Positions 41,000 through 49,282 of a stretch of DNA of 49,282 bases are shown here, piece after piece. The number at the start of each line of letters is the position of its first letter. The stretch's first letter is position 1. The notes under the pieces are model-generated. The model saw only the letters and a program-made list of their open reading frames with translations, made no database searches and was not told the DNA's origin. The DNA lies in the NCBI GenBank assembly GCA_034721855.1, contig JAYENB010000187.1, forward strand, positions 1 through 49,282, in the 5' to 3' direction. The DNA comes from Bacteroidota bacterium (GTDB taxonomy: Bacteria; Bacteroidota; Bacteroidia; Bacteroidales; ML635J-15). The position numbers and the translations under genes are program-made.

Positions 41000-41752
41000 A
41001 TGGATGTGATTAAAAATAATAACATAATAAAAACCATACGCCACATATACCTGAGCTTTGCTTTTATCATCTTCTCATTTTCTCTACATGCACAACAAGC
41101 AGGGGAAATCGGGATTCATGCCGGAGGATCCTATTATCTTGGTGAGATAAACTGGGGACAACCGTTTTATTCTCCACGAGTGAATGTTGGTGGATTTTAC
41201 AAACAACACATTAATACCCGTCTGGCAATAAAATACGGGGGACTTTATACACACCTTCAGGGCTTTGATGAAGATTCGCATTTTAGGTATCAAAGGCTGC
41301 GTGATGCCGGTTTTGCAACAACGCTTTTTGAAGTAGCAGCTCAGGTAGAATACCATTTTCTTATTTATGAAATAGGAAAAACAAAAAATAATTTTAAAAC
41401 AAAAGATAATTTTTATACCCCTTATGTTAATCTTGGTATTGGGGGGTGTTATGCGATGGAGTCAAACCATGTTTTTTCCGTTATTTTACCTATGGCTGTA
41501 GGGATTAAAATGAACCTGACCAGACAGATTGTTGTTGGAGCTGAGTGGGCGTTCAGAAAAACATTTACTGATATGCTTGATAACTTGACGGGGGAAGACC
41601 TGGATTTTTATGCTCAAACAAATGTGCTACTAAGCAGTACCAACGATGTGAAACAACACGGGTTTATGACAAATGATGATTGGTATTCCTATGCAGCGGT
41701 TACCTTGTCTTATGTTTTTAGTCTTGGTACAGAATGTCATGCATATTATTAA
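41000..41752 (+). CDS. porG: T9SS-associated beta-barrel PorG (DUF6089)
   Basis: GGSYYLGEIN, RKTFTDMLD, DWYSY; immediately upstream of uppS-bamA-skp-skp as in Porphyromonas. Confidence 0.7.
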   Translation: MDVIKNNNIIKTIRHIYLSFAFIIFSFSLHAQQAGEIGIHAGGSYYLGEINWGQPFYSPRVNVGGFYKQHINTRLAIKYGGLYTHLQGFDEDSHFRYQRLRDAGFATTLFEVAAQVEYHFLIYEIGKTKNNFKTKDNFYTPYVNLGIGGCYAMESNHVFSVILPMAVGIKMNLTRQIVVGAEWAFRKTFTDMLDNLTGEDLDFYAQTNVLLSSTNDVKQHGFMTNDDWYSYAAVTLSYVFSLGTECHAYY

Positions 41753-41762
41753 TTTTGCAGGA

Positions 41763-42503
41763 ATGTCAGATTTGAAAAATAAAATAAATAAAGATAAATT
41801 ACCACAACATATTGCCATCATTATGGATGGAAATGGCAGATGGGCAAAAAAAAGAGGCGGAATTCGTATAATAGGACACCGTGCCGGGGCTAAATCGGTT
41901 AGGAATGTGGCCGAAGCTTGTGCTGAACTAGGCATTAAATATCTTACCCTGTATGCTTTTTCAACTGAGAATTGGAATAGACCTAAAGATGAAGTTAGCA
42001 GCCTGATGGAACTCCTGATTGAAAATCTACAAAAAGAAATAAAAACACTGTTGAATAATGATATTGCCCTCAATGTCATTGGAGACACATCTGTGTTGCC
42101 TGATAAAGTACAAAAGAACCTCAATAAAACAATTGATGAAACAAAACACGGAAAACGCATGTGCCTGTCACTGGCATTATCATACTCCGGACGATGGGAT
42201 ATTATTCAGGCATGTCAGAACATTGCCATGAAAGTAAAACAAAAGGAATTAAACCCGGAAGACATTGATCAGAATATGTTTGTTCAATACCTTTCAACTA
42301 AGGGCATACCTGATCCTGAACTTTTGATCAGAACAAGCGGGGAAAAAAGAATAAGCAACTATATGATTTATCAAATGGCTTATTCTGAGTTGTACTTTAC
42401 AAAAACCCTGTGGCCTGATTTTTCAAAAAATCACCTTTATAAGGCAATACTGGATTTTCAAACCAGGGAAAGAAGATTTGGTAAAACGAGTGAACAATTG
42501 TAA
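41763..42503 (+). CDS. uppS: Undecaprenyl diphosphate synthase
   Basis: HIAIIMDGNGRWA, YAFSTENW, RTSGE.RISN. Confidence 0.97.
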   Translation: MSDLKNKINKDKLPQHIAIIMDGNGRWAKKRGGIRIIGHRAGAKSVRNVAEACAELGIKYLTLYAFSTENWNRPKDEVSSLMELLIENLQKEIKTLLNNDIALNVIGDTSVLPDKVQKNLNKTIDETKHGKRMCLSLALSYSGRWDIIQACQNIAMKVKQKELNPEDIDQNMFVQYLSTKGIPDPELLIRTSGEKRISNYMIYQMAYSELYFTKTLWPDFSKNHLYKAILDFQTRERRFGKTSEQL

Positions 42504-42514
42504 GCGTGGATGGA

Positions 42515-44992
42515 ATGAAAAAATTTAGTTTTAATATTATTGTATTGCTTTTTTTCAGTATTACATTAACAGCACAAGTATCTTTAAAAGATAAATTGAG
42601 TCGTATTAATTATGCCAACCCCGAAGAATATGTGATCGGGGGGATTCAGATTTCCGGTGTGCAATACCTTGACCAGAATGTGATCATTCATCTTACAGGG
42701 ATGCAGGTAGGAGATACAATTATGGTGCCGGGTGAAAAAGTAACAAATGCCATTGAAAAACTGTGGGATCAGGGCTTGTTTGCAGAGGTGAAAATTGTTG
42801 CAGACCGTATCATTGATGATAAAATATTCCTGGATATCATGTTGTCTGAAAGGCCACGATTGGCCAAATTTTCGTTTAAAGGCATCAAAAAAGGGGAAGC
42901 TGATGATCTGCGTGAAAACCTTAAGCTTGTCAAAGGTTCGCAGGTGACAGACAATCTGCTGATGAACATACGCTCCGGCACAAAACGATACTTTGTTGAT
43001 AAAGGATACCTCAATATGGAAATCAACATTGTGCAGGAAGATGATACCACCATGCCCAATTCTGTCATTCTGTATATAAACATTGATAAGCATGATCGCA
43101 TCAAAATTGAAAATCTGATTGTTGAGGGAAATGAACATTTTAGCGATGGGAAAATCAAAAGGTTAATGAAAGATACCAAGGAAAAAGCATGGTATCGTTT
43201 CTGGAAAGCTTCCAAATTTATCCGTTCTGAATTTAAAGATGACAAAAAAGCCATCATTGATAAGTATAATGAAGAAGGATTCAGAGATGCTCGCATCCTT
43301 TATGATTCCATTCAAAAAAATGAAGAAAGCATTAACCTTGTTCTTGGTATTGAAGAAGGCCAGAAATATTATTTCCGCAACATTGACTGGGTGGGAAATA
43401 CCAAATACACAAACGAACAACTGTCACGCATGCTCGCCATTGAAAAAGGCGATGTGTATAACCAGAAATTGCTTGATGAACAGTTAATGGGTGAGAATTC
43501 TGTGTTTTCGCTGTATCAGGATAATGGGTATTTGTTTTCCAGCATTACCCCCGTGGAAGTTAACATTCAGCAGGATTCTATTGATCTTGAAATGCAGGTT
43601 TATGAAGGAAAACAGGCCCGTATCAATGAAGTTACCATTGATGGAAACACACGCACTAATGACCATGTCATCATCAGGGAAATACGTACCCGCCCGGGAG
43701 ACCTTTATAAACGTTCAGATATTCAGCGAACCATCAGGGAGTTATCCCAGTTAGGGTATTTTGATCCTGAAAAAATGAATGTGAATTTTGAACCGGATCC
43801 GGAAAAAGGCATTGTGGATCTCGAATACATTGTGGAGGAAAAACCATCAGACCAGATTGAATTGAGTGGTGGATATGGTGCTGGTATGATTGTGGGAACA
43901 CTTGGCCTGACGTTCAATAATTTCTCACTTAAAAATGTTTTTAATCCAAGTGCTTACAGGCCACTACCCGCAGGAGACGGACAACGCCTTAGCCTTAGAG
44001 CGCAGGCAAGCGGGCCATATTATCAGAATTACAGTTTTACATTTGTTGAACCATGGCTTGGAGGGCGTAAACCCAATTCACTTTCCGTTTCTGTGTATAA
44101 TTCCAGGCAAAAATATGGTTCTGATTCCGCACGACAGGAATTTATCGTGACAGGTGCTTCTGCCGGGTTGGGACAGCGACTGGAATGGCCTGACGATTTT
44201 TTTACTCTATACACTCAGGTGGGGTACAAGCATTACAATATTTACCAATGGTCCGGTTTTATTTATGATGAGGGTGCTTCCAATAACATCAATTTTACAG
44301 CAAACCTCGGACGCTCCAGCAGTGGCCCAAATCCCATTTTCCCTACCCGTGGAAGTAACATGAACCTTTCGCTTGAGCTTACGCCTCCTTTCTCATTATT
44401 TAATAATAAGGATTATACCACCATGAATCCCCAGGAAAAATACAAATGGATAGAATATCATAAATGGAAATTAAAAGCAGACTGGTACACTACGCTAATG
44501 GGATCAAAAGATGGTGGAAGCCAAGCTTTGGTGCTTAGATCTAAATTTGAATTTGGATTTCTGGCTTATTATAACAGTGAAATTGGCCCTTCCCCGTTTG
44601 AAGGATTCCAACTTGGCGGCGACGGACTGTACGGATATAATTTGTATGGAAGGGAAACCATTGGCCTTAGAGGATACAACAACAATTCCCTTACCCCCTC
44701 CTCCGGTGGAAACCTCTACAACAAATTCAGTCTTGAACTCCGTTATCCGCTTTCGCTTAATCCTACAGCTACCTTTTACGGACTGGCTTTTGTTGAAGGA
44801 GGAAATGCATGGAACGATTTTTCCAATTATAATCCCTTTGATATTAAACGATCAGCAGGTGTTGGCATTAGGGTATTTATGCCTATGATTGGTATGCTAG
44901 GTGTTGATTGGGGATACGGATTTGATGAAATTGAAGGCAAAACCGGGGTTAACGGATCTCAATTCCATTTTGTTATTGGTCAGCAATTCTGA
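42515..44992 (+). CDS. bamA: Outer membrane protein assembly factor BamA
   Basis: Multiple POTRA domains, LRGY motif, terminal FHFVIGQQF. Confidence 0.96.
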   Translation: MKKFSFNIIVLLFFSITLTAQVSLKDKLSRINYANPEEYVIGGIQISGVQYLDQNVIIHLTGMQVGDTIMVPGEKVTNAIEKLWDQGLFAEVKIVADRIIDDKIFLDIMLSERPRLAKFSFKGIKKGEADDLRENLKLVKGSQVTDNLLMNIRSGTKRYFVDKGYLNMEINIVQEDDTTMPNSVILYINIDKHDRIKIENLIVEGNEHFSDGKIKRLMKDTKEKAWYRFWKASKFIRSEFKDDKKAIIDKYNEEGFRDARILYDSIQKNEESINLVLGIEEGQKYYFRNIDWVGNTKYTNEQLSRMLAIEKGDVYNQKLLDEQLMGENSVFSLYQDNGYLFSSITPVEVNIQQDSIDLEMQVYEGKQARINEVTIDGNTRTNDHVIIREIRTRPGDLYKRSDIQRTIRELSQLGYFDPEKMNVNFEPDPEKGIVDLEYIVEEKPSDQIELSGGYGAGMIVGTLGLTFNNFSLKNVFNPSAYRPLPAGDGQRLSLRAQASGPYYQNYSFTFVEPWLGGRKPNSLSVSVYNSRQKYGSDSARQEFIVTGASAGLGQRLEWPDDFFTLYTQVGYKHYNIYQWSGFIYDEGASNNINFTANLGRSSSGPNPIFPTRGSNMNLSLELTPPFSLFNNKDYTTMNPQEKYKWIEYHKWKLKADWYTTLMGSKDGGSQALVLRSKFEFGFLAYYNSEIGPSPFEGFQLGGDGLYGYNLYGRETIGLRGYNNNSLTPSSGGNLYNKFSLELRYPLSLNPTATFYGLAFVEGGNAWNDFSNYNPFDIKRSAGVGIRVFMPMIGMLGVDWGYGFDEIEGKTGVNGSQFHFVIGQQF

Positions 44993-45054
44993 TTGTGTTA
45001 TCTTTGGTCCGTTATTTGTATGTTTATTTTTTGAAACTAAAAAATACTGAAATT

Positions 45055-45567
45055 ATGAAAAAAATATGCCTGACTTTATTGTTGCCCTTACTTACATTGG
45101 GTGTTTTTGCACAAAAATATGCGTATGTGGATACAGATTATATCATGAACAATATCCCAACCTATGAAACAGCACAGCAGCAACTCAATGAGCTTTCAGA
45201 TCAATGGAAAAACGAAGTGGATGAAATGAAAAATGAACTTGAGAAAATGTATGAAGATTTTAAAGCTGAAAAAGTTTTCCTGACTGAAGAACTTAAAATG
45301 AAACGGGAAGATGAAATCATTCAAAAGGAAAAAGACATGCGGGAACTACAACAAAAATATTTTGGCCGTGATGGTATGTTGTTCAAAAAACGGAAAGAAT
45401 TACTCAAACCTATTCAGGATGATATTTTCAATGCAGTAAAAGAAATTGCCCAGGAAGGCAATTATGCTGTCATTTTTGATACTGCCAATGCAGTAAACAT
45501 GCTTTATACAGATCCTAAATACGATAAAAGCGATGAAGTGCTCAGAAAACTTGGATATAAAAATTAG
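45055..45567 (+). CDS. skp: OmpH/Skp chaperone 1
   Basis: AQKYAYVDT, coiled coil, PIQD.I..AV; own TATCTTTG box at 44999-45006. Confidence 0.92.
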   Translation: MKKICLTLLLPLLTLGVFAQKYAYVDTDYIMNNIPTYETAQQQLNELSDQWKNEVDEMKNELEKMYEDFKAEKVFLTEELKMKREDEIIQKEKDMRELQQKYFGRDGMLFKKRKELLKPIQDDIFNAVKEIAQEGNYAVIFDTANAVNMLYTDPKYDKSDEVLRKLGYKN

Positions 45568-45604
45568 AAATTCTATTTTTGCTAATCATTAAAAAAGAAA
45601 TATT

Positions 45605-46120
45605 ATGTTGAGAAAAATTTCATTAATCGCAGCTATAATCCTCATTGCAGGTACTGCTGCCAATAGTTTTGCACAAAAAGTGAAACTCGGATACGTTAAG
45701 GTAGAAGCCATTTTTACCGAAATGCCGGAACGTTCAAAAGCTGAGCAGGAAATAACTGAATATTCAAAACAACTTGAAAGTCAGTTACAAACCATGAATG
45801 CTGAGTTTGAAAAGAAATACCAGGAGTATGAAGAAAATTACGAGACCTGGGGAGCTGCTGTAAGAAAAGATAAAGAACTTGAAATTCAGAATTTGCAGCA
45901 ACGTATCCAGGGGTTTCAACAAAGTGCGCAAAGTGATTTGCAGCAAAAAGAACAGGAATTGCTGCAACCGATTTATAAGAAAATCAGAAGCGCCATCAAA
46001 AAAGTAGGTGAAGCAGAAGATTATACCTACATTTATGATGCTTCAATGTTGCTCTATAAATCTGACGACAGTGAAGATATTACTGAAAAAGTCAAGGCAC
46101 AGTTAGAGTTGGTGGAATAA
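45605..46120 (+). CDS. skp: OmpH/Skp chaperone 2
   Basis: KLGYV, LLQPI..KI..AIKKV, DITEKV; TATTTTTG box at 45574-45581. Confidence 0.92.
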   Translation: MLRKISLIAAIILIAGTAANSFAQKVKLGYVKVEAIFTEMPERSKAEQEITEYSKQLESQLQTMNAEFEKKYQEYEENYETWGAAVRKDKELEIQNLQQRIQGFQQSAQSDLQQKEQELLQPIYKKIRSAIKKVGEAEDYTYIYDASMLLYKSDDSEDITEKVKAQLELVE

Positions 46121-46139
46121 CCATCATAAAAAATGCATG

Positions 46140-46168
46140 AGACCATCTGTTTTGGTGGTCTTTTTTAT
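46140..46168 (+). terminator. Intrinsic terminator after skp2
   Basis: agaccatc...ggtggtct followed by T tract. Confidence 0.65.
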
Positions 46169-46177
46169 TTTTACACT

Positions 46178-46981
46178 ATGCTTGACGCTGATAAAAGCAT
46201 TGGTATTTTTGATTCCGGGCTGGGTGGTTTATCCGTTTGGAAATATGTCGCTGAATTTCTTCCGCGTGAATCGTTTATCTATTTTGGCGACAGCAAACAT
46301 GCACCCTACGGAAACAAATCTGATGCTTTTATTACAGAACGCTGCCATCACATTACCAGGTTTTTGCTGGATGAAAATGTTAAATTGATTATTGTGGCAT
46401 GCAATACTGCAACTGCTGCTGCCATTGAATCCCTTAGAGAAAATTATCCGCACATACAATTTGTCGGGATGGAGCCCGCCATTAAGCCGGCCAGCCTGCT
46501 TTCAAAAACCGGTCACATCGGTGTGCTTGCTACCCATGGTACTTTCAAAGGAGAACTTTTTAAGCGTAACCAGGAAAAATACCAACCTTACGTAAAAATA
46601 CATTACACCGAAGGAAACGGGCTTGTTGAACTTGCCGAACAGGGAAAAGTGTATTCTGATGAAGCTGAGAAACTGCTCAGAAAATATATAGAACCGCTTG
46701 TGGAAAACAGAGTTGACCAACTGGTGCTCGGGTGTACACATTATTCCCTTTTTATTCCTGTCATCGAAAAAATCACAAAAGGGGCAATACACATACTTCA
46801 TCCTGCTGATGCCATTGCAAAGCGAACTAAAGACCTGCTTATGCAACACCGGATTTTACAAACCCGTAAAAACCATGGTGAAAATGCATTTTACAGCAAT
46901 GGGAAAACCTCTAATATGCTTGATGTTATTAATCAACTTGATGTTGAAGCAGAACCAAATATCTTCTCCGTAGATAATTAA
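46178..46981 (+). CDS. murI: Glutamate racemase
   Basis: IGIFDSGLGG, VACNTAT, LGCTHY. Confidence 0.97.
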   Translation: MLDADKSIGIFDSGLGGLSVWKYVAEFLPRESFIYFGDSKHAPYGNKSDAFITERCHHITRFLLDENVKLIIVACNTATAAAIESLRENYPHIQFVGMEPAIKPASLLSKTGHIGVLATHGTFKGELFKRNQEKYQPYVKIHYTEGNGLVELAEQGKVYSDEAEKLLRKYIEPLVENRVDQLVLGCTHYSLFIPVIEKITKGAIHILHPADAIAKRTKDLLMQHRILQTRKNHGENAFYSNGKTSNMLDVINQLDVEAEPNIFSVDN

Positions 46982-46982
46982 A

Positions 46983-47084
46983 AATTCTGTAAATAATCAG
47001 TAAATAACTGATATTAACCATTATTAACCGTTATTTACAGAATTAGTTATGATTGTATTAGTTATAAAAATATGCGTATATTTG
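46983..47084 (+). promoter_or_regulatory. Operator-like IR/direct-repeat array and sigmaA -7 box upstream of LytTR regulator
   Basis: Perfect 14-bp IR aattctgtaaataa / ttatttacagaatt, phased gtaaataa x2 and tattaacc x2, TATATTTG at 47077-47084. Confidence 0.5.
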
Positions 47085-47109
47085 TTATTGAAACTAAGGT
47101 GTTTATTCC

Positions 47110-47838
47110 ATGATAAATTGTATTGTAATTGATGATGATGCCATTGTCCGGAAGCTTATTGAAGAGTTTATCCGAAAGACAAAACAACTGAATCTTTTGG
47201 GGTCTTTTGAAAATCCGGTCATTGCTCTTAGTGAACTTTCACATTTTGATGATGTTGATATCATTTTTCTTGATGTGGAAATGCCTGAAATGTCGGGATT
47301 GGAATTGCTGGAAAATCTGAAAACCAACCCTCATGTTATTATCATTAGCGGCAAAGATAAATACGCCATTAAGGCGTTTGATTATGATGTGACGGATTAC
47401 CTGCTTAAACCTGTTTCATACAGCCGGTTTTATAAAGCTGTGGGGCGTACAATTAACGATATAAAAAAATCAAAAAATGACACAGATTGCAATGAAAATG
47501 AGAACAATACAGCGAGAGTGTTATTCATAAAGGAAAATTCCAAGCTCATTAAATTGAATTTTAGTGATATCTATTTTATTGAAGCACAGGAAAATTATGT
47601 TTCCATTCAAACTTACGAAAAAAGGTATTTAATTCATTTTACGATGAAAGCCATGCATGCAAAGTTCCCCCAAGGTATTTTTGTCAGAACGCATCGGTCT
47701 TATATCATCAACATCAATCACATTAAAACCATCACGGGGAATGAGATTCCCATGGTTTTAAAACAAGGCAAAAAAGATATCCCCATCGGTAAATCCTACA
47801 AACAAGACCTCCTGGACCGGTTAACCTTGATTAATTAA
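47110..47838 (+). CDS. LytTR family response regulator (orphan)
   Basis: IDDD, FLDVEMP, DYLLKP; FVRTHRSYIIN, IPIGKSY. Confidence 0.95.
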   Translation: MINCIVIDDDAIVRKLIEEFIRKTKQLNLLGSFENPVIALSELSHFDDVDIIFLDVEMPEMSGLELLENLKTNPHVIIISGKDKYAIKAFDYDVTDYLLKPVSYSRFYKAVGRTINDIKKSKNDTDCNENENNTARVLFIKENSKLIKLNFSDIYFIEAQENYVSIQTYEKRYLIHFTMKAMHAKFPQGIFVRTHRSYIININHIKTITGNEIPMVLKQGKKDIPIGKSYKQDLLDRLTLIN

Positions 47839-47854
47839 TAGAAGCACCCTTAAT

Positions 47855-49051
47855 ATGCAACATTCCGCAATGAAACATCGCTTCAGACAACGTCTGGGGC
47901 AAACATCCGAAAACCCTATGATGTTCAGTGCAAGCAAAGCCAAAGGCATTTACATCTATGATGAACACGGGAACCCTTTTATTGATTTGGTGTCCGGTGT
48001 GTCAGTGTGCAACCTGGGGCACCAGCACCCTGAAATTGTTCAAGCTGTCAAAGAACAGATTGATAAACACATGCATCTGATGGTGTATGGTGAATTTGTT
48101 CAGCCGGTTCAAATTGAACTTGCTGATTTGCTGGTCAAACAACTTCATTCTTCCCTCAATGCGGTGTATTTTGTAAACAGCGGTTCCGAAGCCATTGAGG
48201 GAGCCATGAAACTGGCAAAACGCTATACGGGTAAGAATCACATCGTGGCCTGCAAAAACGGGTATCACGGAAGTTCACAAGGCGCTTTGTCTTTGCTGGG
48301 CAATGAGTCCTTTAAACGGAATTACAGACCGTTGTTGCCAGGCATTGATTTTATCCGCTTTAACAACACATCCGATTTTGATAAAATAACCACACAAACC
48401 GCTGCGGTGGTTATTGAACCTATCCAGGCTGAAGCCGGAATCTGCATCCCGGATGATGATTACCTTGCTGCTTTGAAACAACGCTGCCGTGATGTCGGGG
48501 CTTTGTTGATTTTTGATGAAGTACAAACCGGATTAGGCAGGACAGGAAAATTGTTTGCATACATGCATTACAATGTGATACCGGATATTATGTGTGTTGC
48601 GAAAGCTTTCGGAGGCGGTATGCCGCTGGGTGCTTTTATCGCTGACAAACACATTATGGATGTGTTCACGAAAAATCCCATGCTTGGACACATTACTACT
48701 TTTGGCGGGCATCCGGTATCATGTGCGGCAGCCTTGGCAAACCTTAAGGTGTTGTTACGGGACAAACTGATTGAACAAGTGGATGCCAAAGCAAGTCTGT
48801 ATTTTGACCTGTTGATACACCCGCGTATCAAAAAAGTCTGGGGTAAAGGCCTTTTTATTGGCATTGAAATGGAAACCGAAGAAGAGGCAGCACGTGTGAT
48901 GGAAATCGGTGCTAAAACAGGTGGCTTCATCACCGACTTGTTTTTATTTAAGCCGAATGCTTTCCGCATCGGGGCACCCCTGATTATCACTGAAAAACAG
49001 ATACGGGAATCTGTGAAACTGATTTTAAATACACTTGATACCGACTGTTAA
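47855..49051 (+). CDS. Class-III PLP aminotransferase (ArgD/LysJ-like)
   Basis: NSGSEA, GYHG, FDEVQTGLGRTG, AKAFGGG, TTFGGHP. Confidence 0.92.
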   Translation: MQHSAMKHRFRQRLGQTSENPMMFSASKAKGIYIYDEHGNPFIDLVSGVSVCNLGHQHPEIVQAVKEQIDKHMHLMVYGEFVQPVQIELADLLVKQLHSSLNAVYFVNSGSEAIEGAMKLAKRYTGKNHIVACKNGYHGSSQGALSLLGNESFKRNYRPLLPGIDFIRFNNTSDFDKITTQTAAVVIEPIQAEAGICIPDDDYLAALKQRCRDVGALLIFDEVQTGLGRTGKLFAYMHYNVIPDIMCVAKAFGGGMPLGAFIADKHIMDVFTKNPMLGHITTFGGHPVSCAAALANLKVLLRDKLIEQVDAKASLYFDLLIHPRIKKVWGKGLFIGIEMETEEEAARVMEIGAKTGGFITDLFLFKPNAFRIGAPLIITEKQIRESVKLILNTLDTDC

Positions 49052-49086
49052 CGCTGAGACGCTGAGACGCAAAGAAAGAAAGAAAC
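49050..49086 (+). repeat. Half REP-like octamer run
   Basis: acgctgag-acgctgag-acgcaaag starting at the aminotransferase stop. Confidence 0.45.
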
Positions 49087-49282
49087 AAAATTGCCTGTTG
49101 CAGGCAAACGGTGGTCAGTGAAATGAACTAAAAAAAATAAATTGGCCGCATAGATAGTTAACATCGGTTAACAGTTCTATTTACAAATTTTGTAACTGTT
49201 CACATTTTAAAATTAAATAACTGTTAATTGACCTAATTTCTAATTGCTCTAATTAATCTAAAAAATGACCAATAAAACTAAT

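Noticed and set aside
38991-46177. Longer track starts for nadK (38991), uppS (41673), skp (44995) and murI (46133)
   Set aside because: Extensions overlap upstream genes, promoters or terminators; family N-termini begin at later ATGs

Overview
A 49 kb chromosomal segment from a Bacteroidota (probably Bacteroidales/Marinilabiliales-like) bacterium. The assignment rests on a T9SS cargo protein, TAnnTTTG promoters, tRNAs without encoded CCA and Bacteroidota gene order. Most of it is core genome: HhH-rpsU-xerC-hpf, a Thr/Tyr/Gly/Thr tRNA cluster, tuf-trnW-secE-nusG-rplKAJL-rpoBC-DUF3467, and pdxJ<>CBS-POTRA-nadK-DUF6089-porG-uppS-bamA-skp-skp-murI. Most interesting observations: (1) an AT-rich 665-aa orphan next to tRNA-Phe built from RNA-polymerase-like modules (two alphaCTD-like HhH, sigma region 4, two winged helices); (2) two divergent copies plus a fragment of a TIR-bounded element with covarying stems and conserved internal loops, each ending exactly at a stop codon; (3) the only strong Shine-Dalgarno I found in the window sits on hpf, two genes after an SD-less rpsU whose bS21 keeps Tyr54; (4) a probable sigma54/enhancer-driven Trx-Grx fusion plus orphan groES operon; (5) a homoisocitrate-dehydrogenase-like enzyme. 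Also present are a Flavo-1-like RNA, a RelE/ParE TA module and many REP/MITE-like palindromes. No CRISPR array, rRNA, prophage or transposase was seen. All calls are by eye; no database search was run.
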